Assembly (NCBI GenBank): GCA_002104905.1
Contig: MCFE01000540.1
Span: forward strand, 1 to 60,525
Reading direction: 5' to 3'
Origin: Basidiobolus meristosporus CBS 931.73
Lineage: Eukaryota; Fungi; Basidiobolomycota
Length of the DNA: 60,525 nucleotides
Shown here: in pieces, positions 1-14,977 of the stretch
Layout: each line of letters begins with the position of its first letter
Position numbering within the stretch: the first letter of the stretch is position 1
Program-made: the position numbers and the translations under genes
Notes under the pieces: generated by a model
What the model was told of the DNA's origin: nothing
Database searches by the model: none
Seen by the model: only the letters and a program-made list of their open reading frames with translations

Positions 1-828
1 TTCCAAGCCAAAACCAACGAAGAGCTGACAGCAGCGATTTTGCATGAGAACTTGATATTCCCTAGCAACTGCGAACAAGCCGTTAGCGACGATGCGATAG
101 ACGTAATCCAAGGAGTATGTACCGCTCAATACTATATTCTAGATCTAGTTTACTTATTCACATATAGTTGTGCGAGCGAAACATCAATCAGAGACTGGGT
201 TGCGGTGAAAATGGATTTACCAGGCTTAAAGCACATCCATGGTTCACAGACATCGAGTGGGACAAACTTTTGACCAAAGAAGCCAAGCCGCCGTTTGAAC
301 CGGATGTAGGTAGAAGTCCACATCCATACCCCACTTCCATACTAATCCATCCTCAAGTCAAAGCATGCTAATTTTGATGCCACCCATGAACTAGAAGAGT
401 TACTCTTAGAGGAGAATCCTCTCAAAGCTCGCAAGCGAATGGACCCTTCCAAACGCACAAAGCCGCTTCCTAAAGAGATGCAGGCCATGGAGGAAAAGTT
501 CTTGGTATATGACTACACGCTTCCAAAGTTAAGGCAACGAGTTCTCAGCCATGAGAGCAGCTATATGGACTTGACGGCGCCCAACAGAGCCACTCCAGAC
601 GCATCCAGAATGGCAAGCCTAAGTTCGCCTGATACGGCTTCGCAAGGTAGTGCAAGCACCTTGTCCACCGAGTTTAACCGAGCTTTCCTACCCGACACTT
701 GTGCTGATCAAAACTCCTCAACTTGCAACCAGTATGCTACTAAAACCGAGATCGACGGAATACAACCATGCCCCGTCCCATCAGTCAAAAAGAACGCCGA
801 TGCTTCGCTTAGTAATGCTCAAACCTGA
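1..828 (+). CDS. AGC Ser/Thr kinase, YANK/STK32-like, 3' part (5' end outside window)
   Basis: Spliced with introns 115-167 and 306-357: ...AIDVIQG|LCERNINQRLG...LKAHPWFTDIEWDKLLTKEAKPPFEPD|SKHANFDATHELEELLLEENPLKARKR. The NFDATHELEELLLEENPL tail resembles the YANK/STK32 C-terminal motif. Stop TGA at 826-828. Confidence 0.75.
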
Positions 829-1503
829 AACCACTTGAATCTTCGAACTAGACTACTTATATATTATTGATACGGGATACTACATAGCTTTGTATCCCCG
901 GATGAACACAGCTTGCATTTATAGTTGCTGCGCATTCATTTTTAATTTCTGCATTAATGTTGGAATTTAGCATTAACAAATGCTGGTTGCTTAAATATAC
1001 TTCCCTTCTAATCATACGTATGCATAACATCATCGGTACAAGTACATGGCTTAAGGTTGCAATCGATAATTGTCGATTGTGGTGCGGTTAGTGCGGGCTT
1101 ATGTCATGAAGTAAACCGGGTCAAGACCACAGGAGCTGGCTGAAACCAAATTGTTAGATATCTACCTCTCAGCTGCTCCCCAGCAAGGTTCATCACTCTG
1201 GTCAATGCGAGAGCAAAATACTGGCGGGGGTCTTCCTCCTTGAAATAGGGAAACAGTAGGTGTTGGTTCACAGTATTTCGATTAGCTAGATCAGATCACC
1301 AATACAGTGCAGTATACTGTGTTGCCCATGAAACTTAGTCAAATGGTGATTTTAAATCATGATTGACGGAATGAATCCATTTTAGTTTTGATCATTTTCA
1401 AAGTTATGATTTAATGTATATAAATAATATATACGCATGGCTTCGAATCTGATGCAATATTCACGACTTCATGCTTTCTGTAGTCTAATTTTTTCTAGTG
1501 AAC

Positions 1504-4500
1504 ATGGACAGTAGGTTGATTCAACGGTACATTCAAAGTGACAAGAGCGCATTTAATCCAACGCCCTTTGACATTATCAGGGAAACATCCAAGAAAAGTC
1601 AAAACCCCAAAGATCGATAAAACCTCTCCTGCTAGCAAGGCAACCAAGCGAGCTCATCCAGATGCGGATCTCGGCTCGCCAAGTGGAAAGAGAACGCCTC
1701 ATGATTTCGTGTGTATCCAACATGCTTCTGTTTATTCCAACAGTCTCGCACTTCCAATAACTAATCCGATTTTCATACCATTTCACGCGAATTCTACACC
1801 CATATCAAAGTCTGGTGATATCAAGACTTTACTGAAACGTTGTAAGACGGTCTATCATGATATCAAGAAATACAAGGATGAGAGGTGGGAAGATCTCTCA
1901 CATAACTCGGTCGACCTGTATATAGCATTTACACTTACTTTTCGTTCCTGATATACTTCTTAGTGGAAGACACGTGTCAAAGCTATTTCACCATCTACCT
2001 TCACGCGAAGATTATCCCGATTACTATGATACCATAAGCGAACCTATTGCACTTGACATGATCAAGGTGAGCTTCTTTACTCTGGTTGTGTTTTGCTGGT
2101 TGCTACCATCTAACGAATAACAATATGGACTTGTAGGAGAAAATCGACCAAAAAGAATACAATAGTCTGGATGAGTTCAAGTCGGACATGGATCTGATGT
2201 TTGATAATGCTAAGCAATATAATACGAAGGGCTCACAAGTGTACAAAGATGCCGTAACCCTCCAGGTACTTTCATCCGAAACCTTTGCTAAAGTAGTAGG
2301 GATAACTTATGATTTCTATTTAATTAGAAAATGGCTTCCAAGGATATCGCCAACATCAAAGCAACGTTGAATAAGGAGGCTCGGGAGAAAGCTACACCAA
2401 AATTACCGAAAATAGTGATAAAAACCTCTAGCCTTGTGATGCCTGAGGCCAATACAAACAGCAAGGATGAAGGTGATGATGAAGACGCGGAGGAGCAAGG
2501 GGATGAAGAGGAAGAAGAAGAGGAAGGGGAGGATGGTGTTGATGGAGTAGACGAAGGAGAGGAGGAGGAGGGGGAGGAGGGAGAAGAAGAAGCGGACGAA
2601 GAGGTGGAGGATGCGGAAGAAGATGAGGATGCAGACGAGGACGCCGACGAAGAGGAGCAGAAGGAAACCAAGTGGGATAGCAAAGATCAAGGTATTTTCA
2701 TACCACAAATTATAAAGTATGTTCATGTTCTTACAGCATCGAAGAGAGGTTCTTCAAAGCCGTTGCAGCAAGTGATTTCAAAACCGCTTTGAGGATTGCC
2801 AAGTCGCAGAAAATCGACCCCAATGGGTTCCATGAGACGGACATTTTTGGCGAGACGTTGGAGTGGGGGCCTCTTCATGCTGCGTCGTATTTTGGTTTGA
2901 AGGAGGTGGTGCCAGTCTTGATCGACAACGGTGCTGAAATTGAACTTCGCGATAATGGGTTCAAATCAACACCGCTTGCATGGGCCGCTTTTGGAGGTTT
3001 ATATAAACCAGTAATCTTCAAATTTAATAATCTCCCTGATCCCATTCCATTATTAGGTCACGATCAGCTGGCAAAACTTCTTGTTGAAGAATACCATGCG
3101 GAAAGGGAGCCTGAGAATATTAATGGGCAGATTCCTCTACACCTCGTAAATGACCCAGACAATCCCAGATGGTCATTTTTACTTCAGGTAAGCTGGATGC
3201 TGTCCGATTTCAAGCACCTGTTCTAAACTCCAGTATAGGATTCCAACGATAAAACGAACGACAAGGAGGACGAAAGCAAGAATCATATACCTCTAATGGA
3301 AGAGCTCCTCCGAACGATCGTTGAGCACAAAGACTCCAGGCAAGATGAAGAGTCGCAGCGATAGATGCTTTTGTGATATCTAACCGTTATATATAAAACA
3401 GCGGTCGGTTTTGTGCCGATATGTTTATAGAGTTGCCTTCTCGAAAGGAATATCCAGAGTACTACGAAGTTACCGAAAAGCCAATGGCACTCAGCGCAAT
3501 TCAAGTATGGAATTGCTGGGTATTCCAATGTAATACGGATTGACACTAATAGCATCTTCTAGCGTCGCATAAAGAAAGGGTATAACTCGTTCGAAGCATT
3601 TGATAGAGATTTAAAACTCGTTTTTGAGAATGCTCTGTCATTCAATGAAAAGCGCTCGCAGGTTTACAAAGACGCCAAGATTCTCCTGGTAAGAAATATG
3701 TACACTCATTGGTGGAATGGTATTAATTAGTATGATAGAAACTGTACAACGTTACCAAGAAAAATCTAAGCAAGCGTTCTCGAACGGTTCGTCAACCCCG
3801 CTGCTACCGCAAAACAAGCCTCCAACTCACATTTTACCTAAACTCTTTTAGTTGGAGGATTCAAAGGATTCCCTTGAATACAATGGAGTTAATTACTGCC
3901 TAGGTTTGTTACACTTGACCCATCGAGTATGTAGTATTCGGCCATCCCTGTAACTTGAGTACAATCCGTTAGGTGACTTTGTCTATGTCAAGGTGGACTC
4001 TTCTGAGCAAGAGAATATCGCAATGATAGAGAAATTATGGGTAGAGAAGTGAGTAACCTGGTATGCTGCTCCATATTGCACATGAATATTTACAAACATG
4101 TCTTACTAGCGATGTGAAATACTTCAGTGGACCATGGTATTTTCGAGCAGATCAGGTGAATTGAAGCGTAGTGGGATCGTTGTCATTTGTTTCATGCTTA
4201 CACTTTGTGTTCAGACTTTCCATCCACCAACAAGAAAGTTCTATGAAAACGAGGTATTCAAGTCTAACAATGTTGATGAACATCCGTTGGAGAACGTAAC
4301 AAAGAAGTGCTTTGTTATGTATGTCAAGGAGTACCTCAAAGGTAGACCATGAGTCTATGCTTCCCATCTCATCATCTATTTACTATTTTTACTAGGACAT
4401 CCTAAGGGATTCGACAAAGAAGACGTTTTTATCTGTGAATCTCGCTATTCTGATTCTTCAAAAAGTTTTTCGCCGATCAAAGATTGGAAAAAGACTCTTA

Positions 4501-5668
4501 ATGTCGAACCAAAGAACGTAGTGGAAATTGTTCCGTACGAGAAGCCGCTCAAGTTGAACAAAATCGGTTCGCCCTTATTCAGTGCGGATGGGGAGCTGAT
4601 ATCCAAGTCTGAAGAGAGCGGAGCCAATGAGACAAGCAGCAATCTCAAGCTTAGAATTCCCAAGAAGTACATCAACTCCAATGATGGAAAACTAACAGCA
4701 TCTCCTACAAGAGGCTCAAAGCTAGCGTCCCCCTCCCTTGGTAATTCCGGCCCTGGCGATCCTAATCATGAAAATGACGAAAACATAGATGTCGTAAGCG
4801 TCTCTACTAAAACAGCCGGAAATATCAGCGGACATGATTCTCAATCAAATGCTGAGCAAGCAAACGTCCCGACTCTCACCAAACCACCCGTAGCTAATGG
4901 GACCACCACATCCCAAGCACCAGTTACATTTATGCCGAATGTGACTGCGAACAACTACTCTCCACCCGAAGACTCCACTTCTAGGAGCCAAAATCAACAT
5001 CCTCCAGCCTCTATCCCCAATAATCCAAATGTCACAGCACCCGCAGCAACGAATCAACAAGATCCATCAACTGAATCGAAGCCAGCACCTGCCCAACCTC
5101 AAGCTAACTCAACACACCACACGGCGCAGCAAGCGCAATCTTCTGCTCAATCACAAGTGCCCAGCAAGACAACCTCTACGGCAGCTCAGCAAGCGCCAAG
5201 TCAACCTTCGACTCCAGGTAATGTACAAACTGGTGTACTTCAGCAGGCATTTCTCTAATTGAGCTTTCAGATATCCAATTGCTATCATGCATCGAGCTCG
5301 AGTCTGATGACCAGTCGTTTTATCTTTGCCTCGACACTGCCACTGCTGCCCATAGTATCTCAGTGGGATCACAAGTCCGGCATCTTGTGATCAAACCCAA
5401 CATGATGAAGAATATAGTCAATCAAAGAGTGCTAGTGTTTCTGTTTCAAAACGCAAGACGAGTTCAGCCAACGGCGAACCAATCCAAAAAAATAGCACCA
5501 TCATCAAACCCATCCAAGCCAAACTCGTATCTTGTCAATCTACAGCCAGGGCTGAATTCCCTCGAGATTTGGGCCACCATCCCGGCACCACAAATGAACA
5601 ATAACTCATCCTCTCCCCCAGCGCACATGCAACAGTTCAACATCTTCGTTACACGCATGGGTATTTAG
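1504..5668 (+). CDS. RSC1/RSC2 (polybromo-type) chromatin remodeller subunit: bromodomain, acidic tract, ankyrin repeats, bromodomain, BAH, low-complexity region, C-terminal beta-rich domain
   Basis: BD1: KDESGRHVSKLFHHLPSREDYPDYY...FDNAKQYN. Ankyrin: GPLHAASYFG...TPLAWAAFGGH. BD2: GRFCADMFIELPSRKEYPEYY...FENALSFN. BAH: GDFVYV...WYFRADQTFH..TRKFYENEVFKS...DVFICESRY. Start inferred from ATG 1504 plus intron 1511-1580; stop TAG at 5666-5668. Confidence 0.8.
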
Positions 5669-6001
5669 ACGCGTTATAGAACCTGTTAAGGATTTTTGTG
5701 GACTGCGTTACACGGAACTTGAGATGTTGGTCAGACCTCTTTCGCTCGATCTTCTCTGGAACTGCACCCTCTCGTCAAAGGCTATATATATTGTTTATTC
5801 TCTTGGAAATTGTTGCGCAGCCGTGCTTTAGGATTTTTTGTTCCACGATTAATCAATAAACTGTAACAAACAATGAGCATGAAATCCCTCCAGCATTTTT
5901 CTTGTGACGGGAAGCCCGCTCACAGTAAAACAAATTTATTTGTTTCGATCTATCGAATTTGAATTTGAACACAAGTATTGAAGCAGTGATTGCCTGGCTC
6001 T

Positions 6002-7561
6002 CTAGACGCTCAACACGGCTTCAGTCTTGGACTTGAGTTTCTCCTGATATGGAGCAAGTGCAGGCTCAACGCACTTGGCCAAGAAGCTATCAACTTGCTC
6101 GGGTGCACGTCCGATGAATGTAGAGGGGTCTAGGAGCTTGTCAAGGTCTGGCCAGATAGGCTCGAAGTACTTGGTGGCCTTGATTCTTTCGATCAAGTCG
6201 TTGCTCTCGCCCTCTACCTTGACTTTGTGAGCAGCCTGGTGAGAGAGGACACGGATCTCTTCGTGGCAAACTTGTCTGTCTCCACCCTTCTTGACCATGG
6301 CCATGATGATGTTTTCAGTAGCCATGAATGGCAACTCTTGGTTGATGCGCTGCTTGATGACAGCTGGATACACGACCATGCCGTCGAAGACGTTTTGAAG
6401 AATGGTAAGAAGGATATCAGCGGTCAAGTAGGCCTCTGGGATACTGATACGACGAATGGCACTATCGTCAAGGGTTCTTTCGAGCCATTGAACGCTGGAT
6501 GTGGCCAAAGCGTCTTGCACCAAAATCATCAAATGTCTGGAAAGGGAGCAAATACGCTCACATCTCATTGGGTTTCTCTTGTATGCCATGGCAGAAGAGC
6601 CGATTTGGTCTTTCTCGAAAGGCTCTTCAATCTCCTTAAGGTTGGCCAGGAGTCTGATATCGGTGGCAATCTTGTGAGCAGTAGCACCGAAGGATGAGAG
6701 GGGAGCCAACACATCATTATCAACCTTGCGTGAGTATGTTTGGCCAGTTACGGCATATGGGGTTGAGAAGCCAGAGAGCTCAGTGACAAGCTGATCCAAT
6801 TGCTCGACCTTCTCATGGTCACCGTCGAACAAGGTCAAGAAGGAAGCCTGGGTACCAGTAGTTCCCTTAACACCACGGAACTGAAGGTCATCACGGGCGC
6901 GGGTAAGGTTACGCAAATCCCAAAGTAATTCCTGTATTTGGCGAACTTAGCATGTGTGTGCAAAGATCAATAGATAGAGGTGCTATATACCTGGAGCCAG
7001 AGGGTAGCTCTCTTTCCAACAGTAGTGAGTTGAGCAGGTTGGAAATGGGTGAAACCCAAAGTAGGGAGGTCACGGTATTGCTTGGCGAATTTGGCAAGAG
7101 AGTCGATGACGTAGGAGAGTTTGTTCAATAGAATATCCAATCCATCACGAAGATTCATAAGATCTCCATTGTCAGTAACGTAGCAAGAGGTGGCACCGAG
7201 ATGGATGATAGGAGCAGCACTGGGGCAGACGAGACCGAAAGTGTGGACGTGAGCCATGACGTCGTGACGGCGTCTCTTTTCCTCGGCAGCAGCAACCTCA
7301 TAGTCGATGTCATACTAAAGAGAAATTAAGTGGATTGATCGCAAACAGAATGGTTGGAAAAGGTCGTACCAAGTGTTGACGCATTTCTTCCAATGCCTCT
7401 TCGGTGATATCATTCAAACCAAGTTGCTTCTCAGCAGTAGCAAGGTTGAGCCAGAGCTTGCGCCAGTTGCTAAATCTCTTATCATCAGAGAAGTTGTAAG
7501 CCATCTCCTTGGAGGCATATCTAGAGGTCAATGGGCTCTGATACTTGGCGTGGGATTCCAT
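6002..7561 (-). CDS. ADE13: Adenylosuccinate lyase
   Basis: Begins [20 protein letters not shown]; contains [25 protein letters not shown] and the fumarase-family signature [14 protein letters not shown]. Introns 7315-7369 and 6932-6990. Confidence 0.97.
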
Positions 7562-9115
7562 GATGCTACTCAGTTCCAAGAGAAAACGTCGGAAGTGGAT
7601 GACGAGAAAGACATCCGTTGCGTTGATATATTTACTATTCACAAATAAAAAAAAGTACCTCGGCCAGCTCGAATTTTTGCTGATCCAATAGACGCTCAGT
7701 GAAAAATACTTTACATGATTCATACCACTGGTCCAGACACTAATCAGAATTGATCCTACCGGTGAATCATATCTTATCATATCAATCTCACCTCCAGATA
7801 ATCTGGAGTAACCGAAGCCTTTCAAGACCCTTGAATCCAACCTTGGTTAACTCCAGCACCACACTGCACGCATGACAGCAAATCGATTGGCATCTCCACT
7901 TGACAAAAGCATAAGTCTTCCACTTGACCATGCACTAACCCAATTCATGGTTTAAGCTGCGGACCATGTGCCTAGTTGAAACGCATAGAAAGGATGCAAC
8001 AAGAAACATGAGAACAGGTACTGGATTTATATGCATAAGAATCTACAGACATGATGGTAGAGATCCTCATGTTTATTAACGATATGTTATGCAAAGATGG
8101 TAGGAGGATAGGAAAAGTAACACTAGATGCCTCCATTGAAGATATGAAAGGCAACCCTGATAAGTCGAGTGTACGTGATCTATTGTGAAAATAGTTCTAG
8201 ATTTGATGGGGTCGGTTATGGAAAGGCGACCAGATGCCACGGACTGAAGGAGTATCCGAAAGAACCCTCTTCTTGAACAAGCCAACCTTTTGCCCACTGG
8301 TATCGCGCAGCAACTGTACTTTATCCATGACCTCCTTGCGATCATGATTCCTCACGCATATCACCTTACTTTTACCATTCACTAGAAGCAGAGGAGGCGT
8401 GTCAGAAGGACTATCGTGTCTTGAATTCAAACGTTAAATTGGCTTACTATAGAAACCACGAATGCAGGGGTGTTTGGCAGGTCGAGGTTGGACAACAACT
8501 TCGATTTGGGGATTCTTCCGGGCAAATTCAATTAGATCGGCCTTGAAGAAATCGCTATATTGTTATGAGCATATATTGAGGGTTTCTCGTAAATCAAGAG
8601 TATACTTACACAATGCCTCGGCTACTCCCACCACGCTCGCAATAGTGGAAAACGAGTTTGCGGCATTGGAAAATAAAGGCACCCACACCGTTTTTATGAG
8701 TAGCTGGTTTAACAATAGATGCCATGCTGAACAGTATTCGCGTAATGTGTTTGCTTCTTAAATACAGGCAGTGGATATGCAGTAATCCTACCCCACTTCA
8801 GAAAAGTATGAATCAAAAAGTCACCAACTACAAATGAAATTTTCTTCGAGAAATGAACAAAATTTGCACCTAAATGCAGATACGATTTTACACCTGACCA
8901 ATCATAAGAGGTGAACCTGAAAAATGTAAAGGACTAATCATTGTATAGACTAACCAATAAATTAGGTCTTTTGAGCTATGTAGTCGTTTTAATATTCGGT
9001 GACTCAATATATGATTACGTTGCCAAAGAATCTATGCTACCTTTAGAATCTTAATAAGAAAGGACTTGTCTCAACTTGATAATCACCAAGTTCTGGACAC
9101 CCTTATATTTGAAGC

Positions 9116-11004
<1,889 letters not shown>

Positions 11005-11759
11005 TCTTGACCCGCTGCTCCTTTCGTTAATACAGAACGTGATCATTGATATATGGATCAGTTATAACCCACCACCTTGTAGCCATTCACATCCACCCAA
11101 TTTGCGTGTAAAGGAGATAAATTTGACACAGTATACTATTCTTGAGATGTAGCCAGATTATGGCTTCGAGTTTTTCGGGATTTGTATGACATTGACAACA
11201 GGAATACAAAGCCACTCTGTTGAGATTATGTCATATTTGAGTCAATAACACCAAGTATTACCTTAAGCAAGCGAAGTCTACCATATCAAGAGGCTGAACT
11301 TCAGTCACAGTAAGGCTAGTAATAAGTGATCGATTTTTAGCCCTTTGTCGTCTAAGGTACAAAGAAACTTCAGGTATATAATCTTGGTTCAGTACTGGCG
11401 CCGTTGTTTTAATGCGTGCGGCATTGGTGCTCTTTTCATGTTTTTGGATTTCTTTAGTCTCCATTTGTCAACCTAACTGCTCCATCTATTTTACCCAAGT
11501 CAATTATCTACCATTACCAGGAGCAATCTGCCTTGTATCGGAATAGTGTTGGGACATAAGTAATGGTACTTTAGCCCCAGTGACAACAGCAACCCTCTTT
11601 GGGGACTAATCCAGCTGGAAATAGATTTATGAATTGTGGTTGAGTTTCTAAAAAGACTACCCCCTTTCATTATACTGTGCTTTGAGTATGCTCATATACA
11701 AACCATTCTTCCATGTCCATACTGCAAATCAATCAATGACACAAATTGATTCAGATTCA

Positions 11760-11777
11760 TTCTGGAATGATCTAGAG
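11760..11777 (+). promoter_or_regulatory. Possible imperfect heat-shock element upstream of polyubiquitin
   Basis: TTCtgGAAtgATCtaGAG, with one perfect nTTCnnGAAn pair and two degenerate units, about 390 bp upstream of the ATG. Could occur by chance. Confidence 0.25.
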
Positions 11778-12100
11778 TGAGATTATTATATCTCAGCCAT
11801 GGTTTAAATAAGCCAAGCTTGGAAAATGTACGAGTACCTTCGGTTGTTTCCTTGCCGCTTTGGGAATGATGTAATACTCGGAAAGCCTGTATTTATGACG
11901 AGGGATTCTCACCGCAGTCCACATGATTTCCTATTTTGTCATACCAAGTCTACCTGTGCCAGTAACATCATTTGATTGGCTCGCAATGACTTGTTGCGTT
12001 GATAATATTAACAATATCATATGATCCAGTTGATGCATTGTTAGGGTGAATTGTGTATGCGCAGACACACATGCCGCTGCGGCTTTGGTATTCTATTTCG

Positions 12101-13076
<976 letters not shown>

Positions 13077-14058
13077 TTAGTTTAATACTGTTTAGCTCCA
13101 AATAAAGGCAGCATTGTAGTCACGCTCAACTAAAACTTCCATACATGCAAAATTTTAAATATATACCAATGATATGGCACACCATTGATATATCTAGAGA
13201 AATTGATTAAATGCATTGTCTGTATGCACAAGTAATATCGCTTCGGTCATGTTCGTTTTAGTTGTGCAAAGTCAAGCCCCTTTAGATATAAATACAAATT
13301 GTATGTATGTGAAAAAACATCTTAGCACCATCCAGGATAAAATCATTTGATATATATCGCGATGATGACCTATTCAACACGCCAACAGTTCCAAGTATTA
13401 ATTGAAAGTGGTGAATCATCCAAATCCATGGAAAACGAAGCAATTCTATGATCAAATGTCATTATAGATGCATTTCCATCTTTGTAGAGATAAAATAAAT
13501 ATTGATAAAAGACTGGATCTCCACCTCCGGCTGGTTCGTATATGAGCTATGGAAGTCCGTATCTGCTAATAGGTTGGCTATTCAGGTAGAGATTGGGACG
13601 TATACTAGCAGGGGAGGCTCGGAAAGTGTGTACAGAGAGCCTATTTTGTCTAGACATGGTTCGTATTGTGCACTGTATTATATCTACAAGTAGCATATAG
13701 CTTAGTAATCCGGTCCATCCAGTTCTTTATCCCTCAACATCCCTCATAAATCGCGAATGAAGTAACCCCTTCCTGCTTATAGGGTGCCCAGTAGACGTAG
13801 AATAAATATGGTACTGATTAACCACATTGGTATTAACCTGACAAATACATGATTAACTTTGGAAATTTTAAGACTCAGTTATTAACAATCATTCAGCATT
13901 TCATCTTAATGCAGTTAACCCCAAAATATACAATAGCGATAAGTGTACGACACGTGTGTTCTGGGGCATACTTTCATTTCTTAGATTGGATGCTCAGAAC
14001 TCATTACCAATGGGAGCCTCATCACACACCTAGCGATTATGTCATCCACAACGAGGAG

Positions 14059-14066
14059 TATAAATA
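14059..14066 (+). promoter_or_regulatory. TATA box of glutaredoxin gene
   Basis: TATAAATA about 50 bp upstream of ATG 14111. Confidence 0.5.
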
Positions 14067-14110
14067 CAAGGTAAAATTGCTCTGAGCTCATCAATTCACT
14101 AGTTCTCGAA

Positions 14111-14410
14111 ATGCCTTCCACTCAAGACCTTGTTAAAAAGTACATCGAAGACAACGCCGTTATGGTCTTCTCCAAGTCATATTGCCCCTACTGCAAGAGG
14201 GCCAAGGATTTGTTGTCCAAGGTTTTCCCCAATTACACCGCTATTGAGCTCGACCAACTCCCCGACGGCAGCGAGATTCAGGCAGCTCTGTTAGAGCTCT
14301 CTGGACAGCGTACTGTTCCAAATATCTACATCAAGGGTAAGCACCTTGGAGGGTGTGACGATCTCCTGAAGGCCCATAGCTCTGGAAAGCTCGAGCAACT
14401 CCTCGCCTAA
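14111..14410 (+). CDS. Dithiol glutaredoxin (CPYC type)
   Basis: Intronless 99 aa with VFSKSYCPYC, GQRTVPNIYI and GGCDDL motifs. Confidence 0.95.
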   Translation: MPSTQDLVKKYIEDNAVMVFSKSYCPYCKRAKDLLSKVFPNYTAIELDQLPDGSEIQAALLELSGQRTVPNIYIKGKHLGGCDDLLKAHSSGKLEQLLA

Positions 14411-14977
14411 GGTAATATAAGGCATCTCTCCTACGGAATCCACACTAGTCTGACCTCCCCGAAGAATTTGTATTCTGCTTAGCTTCTGTAGTTGGGGAGT
14501 AATTACCACACAGTACATACAATAAAGCAAATTTACACTACGTAATTCCACATTCACCATTGAATCATCAGTGTTTTCCGACTGAGATTTGCCAATCATT
14601 GGTTCTGCATTTTCAGGATCAGCACGCGCAAAGTATAAGTAGCATTCATTGACGCAAGCAGTTCCACGCAAAGGAAATAATGATGGAATGGTGAATCAGT
14701 TCAAATCAGACGTATCTAGCCCGAGTCGGATCATGATTTCAGGAAACATAGGATCCAATTGTGAAGTAATCCAAGTCCATAGTTAATGCCTTTCTATCTT
14801 TGGTGGATACAACGGAGTCGGCATATAAGTAAGGTACGTAAATAAGGCTAAGCCTTGTACGCGTCGAACATTTCTCAAGTAATATTCGATGCCTTATTTC
14901 ATTCAACCAACCTGATATATTTCGTATCATTAAACGTACCTGTAGTATTTTGTTTAGCCTTTCGTAAGTACGTAAAT

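Noticed and set aside
7792-7808. Perfect palindrome CTCCAGAT-A-ATCTGGAG upstream of ADE13
   Set aside because: One 8-bp-arm palindrome in 60 kb is within chance, and no second copy was noticed.
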